Source of the DNA: a virus
Length of the DNA stretch: 64,000 nt
IMG/VR virus record: IMGVR_UViG_3300036790_000811
Span: 1 to 64,000 of that record
Reading direction: 5' to 3' (one strand)
Positions 28,009 through 37,775 of this stretch are shown one piece after another. The translations under genes and the position numbers were made by a program. The first letter of the stretch is position 1, and each line of letters opens with the position of its first letter. Under the pieces are notes generated by a model. It searched no databases and had not been told where the DNA came from. It saw only the letters and a program-made list of their open reading frames with translations.

Positions 28009-29871
28009 GTGGCAGAAATTGTCACTGAGGCGGTTAACGCTGCGCAAAATGTGCGCGAGCAGGATGCCGCCCAGGCCCGTCGTAGCACCTATGAGGGCAT
28101 GTTCACGTCCAAGGCCAAGAACCTCGTCAAGGGTGCCGGTCACGTCTCTAACGGCGGCGTGCCGCTGGACGACGTCACCCACGCCGGCGAGATCCTGACC
28201 AAGTCTCACCAGGCGATCCTGAGTACCCGGGCGGCCACTGCCGAAGGTGTCAACAACACCGACTCGGTCGTCAACCGGATCTCCGGCGACTTCTGGGCCA
28301 GCCGCCAGGCCGGCGGCATCAAGCACATGGCCAAGCGCGACAGCGACATCCGCAAGTCGTTCACGGCCGGCAACCTCGGGCAGAACGGGGTTCCTTACGG
28401 CCTGGTCCCGTTCGACCTGCTTGCGCCTTCCCGCCTGATCTACCCGGTCTACACCCTCTTCCGGAACAAGTTCCCGCGTCCCGCCGGACAGGGCGCCTCG
28501 CGCCAGGTTTACGGCCTGCTGGGCATCTCCGGTTCGCAGACCGGCGGACAGGGTGTCGTTGACATCTCCATCCCGGAGCTTGTTTCCGGCTCGAACGCCA
28601 ACATGGGTACCTGGCCCCTGAACATCCCCAAGACCGGGTCGCAGACCGAGTACAAGCTCAACGTTCCCTATCGCTTCTTCGGCCTGTCCGAGTCCCTGAG
28701 CTGGCTCGCCCAGTTCGAGGGCCAGGGCTTCGAGGACATCAGCGCGCTGGCCAACCTGGTTCTGCTTCAGGAAATGATGCTGGGCGAGGAATACCAGATG
28801 ATCGCGGGCTCCTCGCAGAGTCTCCCCGTTCCCGGCGCCCCCACTCTGGTCGCCCGTACGGCGGGATCGAACGAGACCCAGTTGAACGGCGGCACGGGCG
28901 CGACCCTGTATGTCAAGGTCACGGCGTTGAACTACTTCGGCGAGACGACGGCGGTTACAGGCGCGAACGTCGCGTTCCTGGCTGGTCAGGTCGTAGACGT
29001 TGCCATCTCTCCCGTCGCCGGGGCGCAGCAGTACAACGTTTACGCCTCCACCTCCAGTGCGGCAACGGCCGGTATCCAGGTCGGTACGACCGTGCAGGCT
29101 GGCGTGACCTATCAGGGTCTCCAGTCGGCCAACTCGGTCGGCGGTACCCGAATCACTCTTCAGGGCGCCGTTAACACTTCCGGTCAGGTGGTTCCGACTG
29201 TTGACTCCGGCACTGGTTCCAGCCAGCGCATGGAGGGTCTCATCCCGACCTTGTCGGGCCTGTCGTCCACCGGTTCTGGTCCTTACGCCAACGTGGGCTT
29301 CGAGTCCTCGGGCGTCTGGAAGGGCGGCTACGTCAACCAGAACGTCGGCACCCACCTGAGCACCAACGCGATCTTCACCGCGCTGGACGCCCTGTGGGAG
29401 AACAACGGCATGAACAACGTCAGCCCGGGTTCCTACAAGGCGGACCCGAGTGAGATCGTTGCCGACGGCGGCGACCTCATGCGGCTGGCGAACGACATGC
29501 TGCTCCAGGGCGCCGGCATGAACTACCTGCTCAACATCTCCCAGGACCAGATCTCTGGCATCCGGGCCGGTGCTGCGGTGGCGGAGTTCGTGAACCCGGT
29601 GACGCGCTCCACGGTCAAGCTCACGGTCCACCCGTGGATGACCCAGGGCACGGCACTGCTGATGTCCTACCAGCTCCCGCAGACGTGGTCTCACGTTGAC
29701 AATGCGTGGGAGATGACCGTCGTTCAGGATTATACGTCTTGCGCGTGGCCCGTCATTGACGCTACGTTCCGGTACAGCATCTTCTTGCTCGGCAGCCTCG
29801 TTGCCCATGCCCCCTTCTACTCGGGCATCCTTTCCGGGCTTCAGGTAAGCGACACGACCCCGTACTCCTGA
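28009..29871 (+). CDS. major capsid protein
   Basis: Follows the protease; PFDLLAPSRLIYPVYTLFRNKFPR...VHPWMTQG; strongly biased codons; downstream hairpin. Confidence 0.85.
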   Translation: MAEIVTEAVNAAQNVREQDAAQARRSTYEGMFTSKAKNLVKGAGHVSNGGVPLDDVTHAGEILTKSHQAILSTRAATAEGVNNTDSVVNRISGDFWASRQAGGIKHMAKRDSDIRKSFTAGNLGQNGVPYGLVPFDLLAPSRLIYPVYTLFRNKFPRPAGQGASRQVYGLLGISGSQTGGQGVVDISIPELVSGSNANMGTWPLNIPKTGSQTEYKLNVPYRFFGLSESLSWLAQFEGQGFEDISALANLVLLQEMMLGEEYQMIAGSSQSLPVPGAPTLVARTAGSNETQLNGGTGATLYVKVTALNYFGETTAVTGANVAFLAGQVVDVAISPVAGAQQYNVYASTSSAATAGIQVGTTVQAGVTYQGLQSANSVGGTRITLQGAVNTSGQVVPTVDSGTGSSQRMEGLIPTLSGLSSTGSGPYANVGFESSGVWKGGYVNQNVGTHLSTNAIFTALDALWENNGMNNVSPGSYKADPSEIVADGGDLMRLANDMLLQGAGMNYLLNISQDQISGIRAGAAVAEFVNPVTRSTVKLTVHPWMTQGTALLMSYQLPQTWSHVDNAWEMTVVQDYTSCAWPVIDATFRYSIFLLGSLVAHAPFYSGILSGLQVSDTTPYS

Positions 29872-29930
29872 CCTAGTAAAAGGCATTTTTCGAACAGTTG
29901 AACACTTTCGATACGATGTCTTTCTCCTAG

Positions 29931-29968
29931 CCTTCGGTCCCCAGTTTAATCTAGCCGGGGACCGAAGG
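29931..29968 (+). terminator. stem-loop after the capsid gene
   Basis: CCTTCGGTCCCC...GGGGACCGAAGG. Confidence 0.6.
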
Positions 29969-30014
29969 ATGTCAGGACTTGACCTACCCACCAATCAGAT
30001 GCTACGTTTAGAAC

Positions 30015-31118
30015 ATGGCGAAGCATCTGACAGAAGATCAGAAGAAGTACGTCCTTCAGCGTTACAACGAGGGCACCTCACTCCGCGCGATCGGCAGGGA
30101 GATTGAGCGTCCTGACATCACCGTGCGCCGGACCCTGGAATCCATGGGCGTGGAGTTCGGTGTTGCCCGGACCACAAACAAGCGGTCCTCGCCCGAGACT
30201 GAGGCTCTCGTTGTTCGGCTTTACGACGAGGGCACGACTTGGGCGCTCATCATGGAGCAGGCGTACATCACCGACGTCACTGTCTCCAAGATCCTCAAGC
30301 GTAACGGTCGTGATCTGACTCGCCAGGGAACGACTGAGGGCGAAGAGGAGATCATCAGTGCTCTCTATGCGGCAGGTCATAGCGCCCGCCATATCGGGGA
30401 GAAGCTCGGGCACAGCAAGACCACGATCGTCCGTAGTATCGTTACCAATGGTGGCAAGATCCGGATCGCCGGATGCGAGTACCCGGACTATTTTGACGTG
30501 GTGGACACTCCCGAGAAGGCGTACTGGCTCGGGTTTATCGCTGCCGATGGCTGCATGATAACCACGGCAGGACATCCCGAAGGGGACCATCTCGCGATTC
30601 AGCTAGCCATCGTTGATCGCGATCATCTGGCTAAGCTGAAGAAGGTTCTCGGAGCCCAGGCGGCGATTCTCACGGGCGCCAACACGGGCTTCGGGAATGG
30701 CACTCAGCGTCGCGCAAGTCTCACGGTCGGCTCTCGGAGACTTGCCATGGCTCTCATTGCTCTCGGCATCACGCCCCGCAAGAGTGCTACCGCCGAACCT
30801 TGGAACGGTCCTGCTGACCTCATGCCGCACTACTGGCGAGGCATGGTTGACGGCGACGGCTCCATTGCCCGTAAGGGCGACGGACTCTGGACCCTCTTCC
30901 TCTGTGGCTCCGAGGCATGTGTTCGCGCGTTTACCGCATGGGCGCACGACGTCTGCGGGACGAACGCGACGCCCTACTTCAAGTCCGGCTGCTGGTACGT
31001 CTCCATCGCCGGGCGATACCAAGTGCGCAAGCTCGTTGCCGCACTGTACGAAAACGTTCCCGTCTCGCTTGACCGCAAGCAGGAGCGGGCTAATGCCGTA
31101 CTTGCGGCAGGAAACTAG
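30015..31118 (+). CDS. free-standing LAGLIDADG homing endonuclease with N-terminal HTH repeats (HEG3)
   Basis: AYWLGFIAADG and YWRGMVDGDG; LDRK near the C-terminus. Confidence 0.88.
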   Translation: MAKHLTEDQKKYVLQRYNEGTSLRAIGREIERPDITVRRTLESMGVEFGVARTTNKRSSPETEALVVRLYDEGTTWALIMEQAYITDVTVSKILKRNGRDLTRQGTTEGEEEIISALYAAGHSARHIGEKLGHSKTTIVRSIVTNGGKIRIAGCEYPDYFDVVDTPEKAYWLGFIAADGCMITTAGHPEGDHLAIQLAIVDRDHLAKLKKVLGAQAAILTGANTGFGNGTQRRASLTVGSRRLAMALIALGITPRKSATAEPWNGPADLMPHYWRGMVDGDGSIARKGDGLWTLFLCGSEACVRAFTAWAHDVCGTNATPYFKSGCWYVSIAGRYQVRKLVAALYENVPVSLDRKQERANAVLAAGN

Positions 31119-31160
31119 CGGCATACGCCGCAATCTTCACAAGACAACAAAGGAGCAAGT

Positions 31161-31490
31161 GTGGCGATTGCCGCTGCGTGGCAACTCTCGACCGTTGTGA
31201 CCACTACGGTCAATACTTTTTACACCGTCCCGTCTGCGGGTACGGCCCCCTACGGGGCCTATGCCCGGGATCTGGTCGTCAACAATGGCGGGGGTAATAC
31301 CCTGTTCATTACCATGAACCCGTCATCTACGACCTGCACTAGTGCGGCTAGCTTTGCGATCCCGCCGGGTGGTTCGGTTATCCTGACTCAGTGCCAGGTG
31401 CCGGCAGCCTCGGTGATCGGTGTCGCGTGCGCCGGGACGCTCAGCACGTTGGCCAACATCGGCTTCGGTACCAACGTCAGCTACATCTAA
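31161..31490 (+). CDS. small virion-type protein
   Basis: AAGGAG SD; beta-rich LVVNNGGGNTLFI. Confidence 0.65.
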   Translation: MAIAAAWQLSTVVTTTVNTFYTVPSAGTAPYGAYARDLVVNNGGGNTLFITMNPSSTTCTSAASFAIPPGGSVILTQCQVPAASVIGVACAGTLSTLANIGFGTNVSYI

Positions 31491-31499
31491 GGAGCCCTT

Positions 31500-32000
31500 A
31501 TGGCCTACTTCGGCCCAGGGGTCCCGAACAATGTAAACCTGACCCCCACCGCAATGCTGGTGTTCACGCCCAATCCGAGCGCGAACTCCACGGTTCGGAT
31601 CGTCAATCAGGGCAGCTCCACGGTCTACGTGGGGGGTGCGAATGTGTCCGCGAACAGCGGCATTCCCGTCGCCCCTCTTGCCCGCATCGAGCTACCCGTC
31701 ATGAACACCTCGCTGTACGCCGCCGGGTCCTACGGCCCCTCCACAGCGTCCAGTACCACGCTGGCGGCGGCCACTACGGCGGCCACCACAGCCATCACCA
31801 CGGCGGCTTCCGTTCCCACGGGATCCACCCTGCTGATCGGCAACGGCAGCGGCACGGAGTTCGCCACCGTCACGGTCGGCGGCACGACCGTGGGTACGAG
31901 TCCGCTGCTTTACGACCACGCCTCCGGCGCGGCAGTGAAGTACGTGAATCCCGTCATCGGACTACTTCAGGTCCAGGGCGGCACGTCCGGTATTGCCTGA
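31500..32000 (+). CDS. Thr/Ala-rich virion-type protein
   Basis: AAGGAG SD; IVNQGSSTVYVGG. Confidence 0.65.
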   Translation: MAYFGPGVPNNVNLTPTAMLVFTPNPSANSTVRIVNQGSSTVYVGGANVSANSGIPVAPLARIELPVMNTSLYAAGSYGPSTASSTTLAAATTAATTAITTAASVPTGSTLLIGNGSGTEFATVTVGGTTVGTSPLLYDHASGAAVKYVNPVIGLLQVQGGTSGIA

Positions 32001-32100
32001 CGGAACTGTCCCGTTAAAGGCGTAGTGTAATTCCCGAACAGCGAGAGACTCCTGGCACTGCCCTCGTGCCAGGAGTCTCTTCCAGGAAAGGGTTATGTGA

Positions 32101-33105
32101 GTGAAGATCTTCGTGACCGGCATCGCCGGTTTTCTCGGGGCGCACATTGCTCGTGAGGCGATAGACCGGGGCTGGGAAGTCACCGGGATCGACAGCATGC
32201 TCTCGGCGGTTGACGATACGCTTGAAGGTGCCGAATGGAAGAGGACGGACTGTCGAGATGCCGACAGTTATGCGGATCTGATTCACGATGTAGATGTCGT
32301 TTATCACTGCGCAGCAGCTCCCTATGAGGGACTTTCGGTCTTTTCTCCCCAGATCGTTTTCGAGAACACCCTGCTTTCTACCGTTGGTCTTCTCCGGGCG
32401 TCGGTGAATGCTGGAGCGCGCCGATTCATCTTCGCTTCCTCCATGTCCCGTTACGGTCATGGAGCACCCCCTTTCACTGAAGAGACGTCGTCGGTCCCCG
32501 TTGATCCATACGGAGTGGCGAAGGTCTCGGCCGAGAACGCAGTGAAGAACATCTGTGACCTGCACGGCCTGGAATGGGTCATCGCAGTTCCGCATAACGT
32601 CTACGGCCCCGGCCAGCGATACTGGGATCCGTACCGCAATGTTCCGGCGATTATGGTCAATCGGGTGTTGCAGGGCAAGCCGCCGGTCGTCTACGGAAAC
32701 GGTTCACAACGCCGGTCACTGTCCTATGTGGCCGATGTCAGTGTCCCGATGATCGCCATGGCGGATCACCCTCACGCTCCCGGCGAGATCTTCAACGTGG
32801 GACCCGGCGGGGCGGGTGTTACGATCGCAGAGCTGGCGGAGAAGATCATCCGGCTGGCGAACGTGGACTTCGATCCCGAGTACTATCCTGATCGTCCGAG
32901 TGAGGTGCGCTACGCCTTCTGTTCAGACGAGAAGACCCGGAACGTTCTCGGCTATGAGTGCCAGTGGACCCTGGAGGCGGGACTGGAGAAGCTTATCGCC
33001 TATATCGCCGAAAAGGGTCCCCGGCCGTTTGACTACCATCTCCCGCTGGAGATCACCAATACTCCGCTTCAGACGCCGCGTACGTGGACCGAGAGACTGA
33101 TGTAG
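32101..33105 (+). CDS. NAD-dependent epimerase/dehydratase
   Basis: IFVTGIAGFLG, PYGVAK (YxxxK), HNVYGPG. Confidence 0.92.
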   Translation: MKIFVTGIAGFLGAHIAREAIDRGWEVTGIDSMLSAVDDTLEGAEWKRTDCRDADSYADLIHDVDVVYHCAAAPYEGLSVFSPQIVFENTLLSTVGLLRASVNAGARRFIFASSMSRYGHGAPPFTEETSSVPVDPYGVAKVSAENAVKNICDLHGLEWVIAVPHNVYGPGQRYWDPYRNVPAIMVNRVLQGKPPVVYGNGSQRRSLSYVADVSVPMIAMADHPHAPGEIFNVGPGGAGVTIAELAEKIIRLANVDFDPEYYPDRPSEVRYAFCSDEKTRNVLGYECQWTLEAGLEKLIAYIAEKGPRPFDYHLPLEITNTPLQTPRTWTERLM

Positions 33106-34196
33106 TGGAACGTATCCGTTACGGCGGGATCATCGCGGGAGGCGAGGAAATTGCTGCGGTTACCGAGGTTCTCAAAGGCCAGGAGTGGGCTTCCGGAGCC
33201 AAGGTCGCAGAATTCGAGGAAAAGGCCGCCGGGTGGCAGGGATGCCGTCGCGCACTTTTTGTCAATTCCGGGTCCTCGGCGCTACTGCTTGCGATGTCTG
33301 TTCTTCCGGAACATTCCCGGATCGCGATGCCAGCACTTCAGTTTCCCACGCTTTACAGTGCCGCAGTCCGGATCGGGCATATCCCGGTGCTCGTGGACAT
33401 TGACGACACCCTGAACATGGATCCGGCCCGATTGGACGAGGTGACCGGAAGCGTTGATGCCGTGGCTTTCGTTCACATGGCTGGCAATCCGGCGAACATC
33501 AGGGAAGTACGCGATATCTGCGCTCGGCACGGTCTCCTTCTGATTGAGGACGTTTGCGAGGCTCTCGGGGCTTCCGATGATGGCATCAGGGCAGGAAAAG
33601 TCGGACTCGTCTCCGCTGTCTCTACCCATGGGGCTCATCACATCTGCACCGGGGAGGGCGGTCTCGCTTTCACCGACGATGAAGCCGCTTACCAGAAGAT
33701 GCGGCGCATTCGCGACTGGGGTCGCGCTTACGGAACTTTCGAGATTCCGGGATACTACGAGCATTACATCTTCTCGGAGCTAGGCTTCAATCTCCACGCA
33801 AGTGACATTCAGGCCGCATTGGGGATCGTCCAGCTCGATCGTGCCGGAGGATTCATCGAGCGGCGCAGGGAAAACTGGGATCACCTGCGGCACGAGATTC
33901 GGGAAATGCCCATAGAACTTCCCCGGACAGGTACCGATCCGTCATGGTTTGCCTTTCCGATGCTGGTTCCGGAAAGACGCGCGGAGTTTATCTCCCACCT
34001 GGAAAACTCGGATATCGAATGCCGGACTATTGTCGCGGGAAACATGCCCCGACAACCAATTTGCAATGACAATCCGGAGCGCTTTCCATTTGCGGACAAG
34101 TGGTTCCATCGCGGATTGTGGATCAGTGTTCATCCCCGGATTACACCCGAGCAGATAGCGTACGCCGGAGAGAAGGTCAGGGAGTTCTGGGCGTGA
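33105..34196 (+). CDS. DegT/DnrJ-family PLP enzyme, RfbH/ColD-type (His at the catalytic Lys position)
   Basis: VNSGSSA, IEDVCEALG, GAHHICTGEGG, IRDWGR, SWFAFP. Confidence 0.85.
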   Translation: MERIRYGGIIAGGEEIAAVTEVLKGQEWASGAKVAEFEEKAAGWQGCRRALFVNSGSSALLLAMSVLPEHSRIAMPALQFPTLYSAAVRIGHIPVLVDIDDTLNMDPARLDEVTGSVDAVAFVHMAGNPANIREVRDICARHGLLLIEDVCEALGASDDGIRAGKVGLVSAVSTHGAHHICTGEGGLAFTDDEAAYQKMRRIRDWGRAYGTFEIPGYYEHYIFSELGFNLHASDIQAALGIVQLDRAGGFIERRRENWDHLRHEIREMPIELPRTGTDPSWFAFPMLVPERRAEFISHLENSDIECRTIVAGNMPRQPICNDNPERFPFADKWFHRGLWISVHPRITPEQIAYAGEKVREFWA

Positions 34197-34858
34197 CACG
34201 CGTTTCGGTTCTACTGACTACCTATAATCGCCCCGCAATGCTCGAAGAGGCTGTTCAGTCGGTACTGACACAGACATACACCGACTATGAACTGTTCATC
34301 CTTGATGACAATTCTTCCCTTTCTGAACAGCATGCCCTGATCGCTGGGTACTGGAACGATCCCCGTGTGCGCGTCTACAAGGACAACGTTTCCCGGGAGC
34401 GACGACGTGACCGTGTTCGCTATGCGACCATGATTAACGTGGGTCTCCAGCTCGCACGAGGGGAGTACATCACTTACCTGTGCGATGACGACCTGTTCTT
34501 GCCCGACCGGCTGGAGACGATGACTGCCCGGCTAGACCAGGGCGACTGTCAGGTGGTCTACGGGGAACAGCAGATGGAGAATTACCGGGGCGCAGATCGC
34601 GGTATCCGTTTCCAAGCTGCTGGGGTTCTGGAAAACGCCTACGGCGTGGACCACTCCTCGGTCATGCACACCAAGGGTGCCTCCGATGCCGTCGGAGGCT
34701 GGGACGACAATCCCGGTCGCTGGCATGACGCCGATGCTGCATTCTGGGCACGTCTGACAAGTGCGGGATATCATTTTCATCCAGTAAACAAGGTTACCGA
34801 TATCCATCGGTTCCATGATGCCTCAGTGCAATCATCGGGATACGGCAGGGATTTTTAA
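34193..34858 (+). CDS. GT2 glycosyltransferase
   Basis: VSVLLTTYNR, ILDDNS, YLCDDD. Confidence 0.9.
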   Translation: MTRVSVLLTTYNRPAMLEEAVQSVLTQTYTDYELFILDDNSSLSEQHALIAGYWNDPRVRVYKDNVSRERRRDRVRYATMINVGLQLARGEYITYLCDDDLFLPDRLETMTARLDQGDCQVVYGEQQMENYRGADRGIRFQAAGVLENAYGVDHSSVMHTKGASDAVGGWDDNPGRWHDADAAFWARLTSAGYHFHPVNKVTDIHRFHDASVQSSGYGRDF

Positions 34859-34876
34859 TGCAATTCAGTACTGACA

Positions 34877-35629
34877 GTGGAGGGTCCAATGACTAATAGG
34901 GCTTTTGTTACCTACGCTGTCGGTGAAGGCGGTACAGGCACGATCACCCTATTCAATCAGCAATCAGTTACTCTCAATACTGTTACCGGAGATTACACTC
35001 TCGGATGCATGTTTTCGCTAAGTGAAGATATGCCCCTTGCTGGTATCTGGTGGTACTCACCTACCGGCGATACGAATCTTCCGACAGCATCCGTTATCTA
35101 CAATGCCGAGACTGAGTCGGAAGTGGCCGGTACGCTAAACGCTTCTCCTGCCTGGTCTGGGGTGGCAGGCTCCGGGTGGATCAGGTGCGACTATTCCGGC
35201 AGCGGCGTGACTTTGTCATCTGACGTGAATTACATAGCCTGTATTGTCCATAGCGGACTTCTTCAGGCTACCTCCAACTACTGGACGACGGGTACAGGCG
35301 CATCCGGTATCACCAGTGGCCCACTATCGGCACCGAATTACTCTTCGTCGGGAAATCTTCAGGATTCGTACGTATTTTCTTCCAGTACTCCTGATTTTCC
35401 GACCGATTCAGATGGCAGTAATTACTGGGTGGACGTTGAGGTCGGAACTCCGGCACTGCCTGTAAATGCGCAAGCGGTTATTGTCGGGCCAGACGGATCT
35501 TTTATCGATAATCTGTCCGTGACAACCCAGCTTAGCTATAACTACGAGAAATGGCAGGTGGAGAACAATCTTGCCGTCGCCCTTCGCGAAGCAGCCGAAG
35601 ACGATACTCTCGGCGTAGTTTTCCTGTAA
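34877..35629 (+). CDS. DUF4082-like beta-rich protein
   Basis: YTLGCMF...GIWWY...FPT...SNYWVDVEV. Confidence 0.6.
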   Translation: MEGPMTNRAFVTYAVGEGGTGTITLFNQQSVTLNTVTGDYTLGCMFSLSEDMPLAGIWWYSPTGDTNLPTASVIYNAETESEVAGTLNASPAWSGVAGSGWIRCDYSGSGVTLSSDVNYIACIVHSGLLQATSNYWTTGTGASGITSGPLSAPNYSSSGNLQDSYVFSSSTPDFPTDSDGSNYWVDVEVGTPALPVNAQAVIVGPDGSFIDNLSVTTQLSYNYEKWQVENNLAVALREAAEDDTLGVVFL

Positions 35630-35656
35630 TTTTCCAACCTAGAAGAGGAGTGGCGA

Positions 35657-36361
35657 ATGAGTCTTCTGGTAATAGTCCCGACGCGCACCCGCAAGGCCCA
35701 GTGTGAGCGCCTCATCGAATCCTTCGAGAAGACGACCGACTCCGCTGAGCTGCTTTTCGTCGTAGACGGCGATGACGACAGCTATGAGACGATGGACTGG
35801 CGCGGTCACTCCTCCTCGACAATGTCCCCGAGGGGAAGTCTCGCCCAGAAGCTGAACCACACCGTGGATGCGGTGCTCGATAAATTTGATCAGATCATGT
35901 GGACCGGCGATGACCATGAGTTCGTCACCGAGCACTGGGATACTCTCCTCCTGGAAACGCTGGAAAAGCATGGCGGCTCAGGCTGGGTCTATCCCGACAA
36001 CGGCAGGCGCAAGGATGTTCCGGAGAGCTGGCTGTGCTCCTCCGACGTCATCCGGGAGCTGAACTGGTATGCGAACCCGATTCTCCAGCACTACTACATC
36101 GATAACTCGATTGCCGTGCTGGGCAAGCGCACTGGTCTTATGTATTACGCACCGGACGTGAAGATTCCCCATCATCACTACTCGGTGGACAAGCAGACCG
36201 AGTACGACGCGCTTTACAAGGAAACCGAGACCTCGTTCGGGCAAGCGGATGCTCAGGCATTTGCCACGTGGCACAACAGTCCGATGGCGTCGGGCGACGT
36301 CTCACGCCTGCGCCGCAAGTTTAATTCCGATGTAGCTTGGGCCATAGAGAAGGTGGCGTAA
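35657..36361 (+). CDS. GT-A fold glycosyltransferase
   Basis: VIVPTRTR, VVDGDD, TGDDH, HYYIDN. Confidence 0.8.
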   Translation: MSLLVIVPTRTRKAQCERLIESFEKTTDSAELLFVVDGDDDSYETMDWRGHSSSTMSPRGSLAQKLNHTVDAVLDKFDQIMWTGDDHEFVTEHWDTLLLETLEKHGGSGWVYPDNGRRKDVPESWLCSSDVIRELNWYANPILQHYYIDNSIAVLGKRTGLMYYAPDVKIPHHHYSVDKQTEYDALYKETETSFGQADAQAFATWHNSPMASGDVSRLRRKFNSDVAWAIEKVA

Positions 36362-36631
36362 ATGGCGATCTCAACTGGCGTGAGCAGTACTGCCGCCGGA
36401 TTCCTGTGTACCGTTCCCCCCGGTCCCTGCACGGTTGTTCTCTCTGCCGCCGGAACTGGCACTACGGCGTACGTCAGCCCGAGTACGGCAAGTGCCGCTA
36501 CGGCATCCACAGTCGGAGTGGCTGTGAACGCGGGAGCGTCTCCGGTTACTTTCAGCACCTATCCAGGCTCCAAGGGATGCAACCTGTATGCCTCCGGTGC
36601 GGTTACCTACCTCATCTCGACGGACGCCTGA
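36362..36631 (+). CDS. small virion-type protein
   Basis: Ala/Thr-rich; ATG immediately follows the upstream TAA. Confidence 0.55.
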   Translation: MAISTGVSSTAAGFLCTVPPGPCTVVLSAAGTGTTAYVSPSTASAATASTVGVAVNAGASPVTFSTYPGSKGCNLYASGAVTYLISTDA

Positions 36632-36632
36632 T

Positions 36633-36992
36633 ATGGCAAAGATATTTCTTCCCCCGGGGTGCATGGGCGTAGGCGACGGAGATGACAAGCGCATGGCCAA
36701 CAAGCCCGGTGGTCACCTCACGCTTGACGACAGCGATCCCCGCGACGCGAAGATCCTCCGCAAGCTTCAGAACCAGGACTACGCACAGGCGGGACTCGTG
36801 GACGCAGGACCGGAGAAGTTCGCCGTACGGAACACCCAGGCCGAGGGCCGCTGGTGCCGCACCTGCGGTCGCCTCTGGCATGCATGGGCGAAGATCTGCT
36901 CCAAGTGCGGCCAGGAGACCGTTCTCGAATCCGAGATGGACCGGACGCTCCCCGAGGGCCAGTACGCGCCCTTCGGGCCTGTCGCCAACTGA
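36633..36992 (+). CDS. Zn-ribbon hypothetical protein
   Basis: MAKIFLPPGC...CRTC...CSKC. Confidence 0.65.
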   Translation: MAKIFLPPGCMGVGDGDDKRMANKPGGHLTLDDSDPRDAKILRKLQNQDYAQAGLVDAGPEKFAVRNTQAEGRWCRTCGRLWHAWAKICSKCGQETVLESEMDRTLPEGQYAPFGPVAN

Positions 36993-36995
36993 AAA

Positions 36996-37030
36996 GACCA
37001 CCCGCACAGGGGCCATCCGTGCGGGTGGTC
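36996..37030. terminator. hairpin between convergent genes
   Basis: GACCACCCGCAC...GTGCGGGTGGTC. Confidence 0.65.
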
Positions 37031-37034
37031 GCTC

Positions 37035-37412
37035 TCAACTGAGGGGATAGAGCGCGTCCTCGTCGTAGGCGTTCACGTGGTAATCCCGAACCGTGAACTT
37101 CCTGCGCTCGATGAACGGGATGTCGCTGGCGGTACCCTTCTTCGCCCACCCCAGCTGTTCGCGAATCTCCAGCTTGACCAGCTCGTAGCGTTCTGACCAC
37201 AGGTCCCGGTTGTACTTCGCCGTCCGGAGCATCTCGGCAGCTTCGGGGCCCAGTTCCTTCGCGGACTCCTTGATCTCCGGGTAGGTCTCCTTCAGCCGGC
37301 CGGTCTCGCTCTTGACCCACTTGACCAGGCTCACCCCCGGAGGGCGGCGCAGCAGTAGGAGCTGGCTCGGGTAGTCCTCGGTCACTTCAGTCCGCTGGCG
37401 GATCGTCTTCAT
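37035..37412 (-). CDS. hypothetical protein
   Basis: MKTIRQRTEV; GAAAGGA SD. Confidence 0.6.
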   Translation of the reverse strand: MKTIRQRTEVTEDYPSQLLLLRRPPGVSLVKWVKSETGRLKETYPEIKESAKELGPEAAEMLRTAKYNRDLWSERYELVKLEIREQLGWAKKGTASDIPFIERRKFTVRDYHVNAYDEDALYPLS

Positions 37413-37693
37413 CGGTTTCTTCCTTTCATCGCTATCGGCGTGACGGGATCGCAGCAGTTCAGCCAGGAGCAGCTGGTCCCGTCCTCGAAGTACAGGGTGT
37501 CCTTGTCCGAGGCCACCCATATGACCTGGTGAATATAGCTTCCGTGGACCCGGACGTAATCTCCGGGCTTCGGGCGATTGCGAGTCCACTGCACGTTGCG
37601 CCAGGTAGCGCGCGGTGCCAGGACCCAGGGCCAGATCAGCCGTTCTGTCTTCAGCACCCCCGGAACGTGCCGTTCGAGCCACCACCACATCAT
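37409..37693 (-). CDS. hypothetical protein
   Basis: 94 aa; ATGA overlap. Confidence 0.55.
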   Translation of the reverse strand: MMWWWLERHVPGVLKTERLIWPWVLAPRATWRNVQWTRNRPKPGDYVRVHGSYIHQVIWVASDKDTLYFEDGTSCSWLNCCDPVTPIAMKGRNR

Positions 37694-37710
37694 TCATCCT
37701 TTCCCCTCCG

Positions 37711-37740
37711 ACGCTATCCCGGCGTCGGTGTTTTTGTCAA
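37711..37740 (-). promoter_or_regulatory. sigma70-type promoter
   Basis: TTGACA-N18-TAGCGT, same hexamers as the promoter at 5950-5978. Confidence 0.7.
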
Positions 37741-37775
37741 CGCCCTTGCGAGGGCAGGTATTCCGGAGGAAGCCC

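Noticed and set aside
25453-29994. 1513-aa minus-strand ORF (similarly 45602-50290, 38685-40697, 13737-15458, 52915-55056)
   Set aside because: Antisense shadow ORFs of high-GC3 genes with no protein-like motifs.
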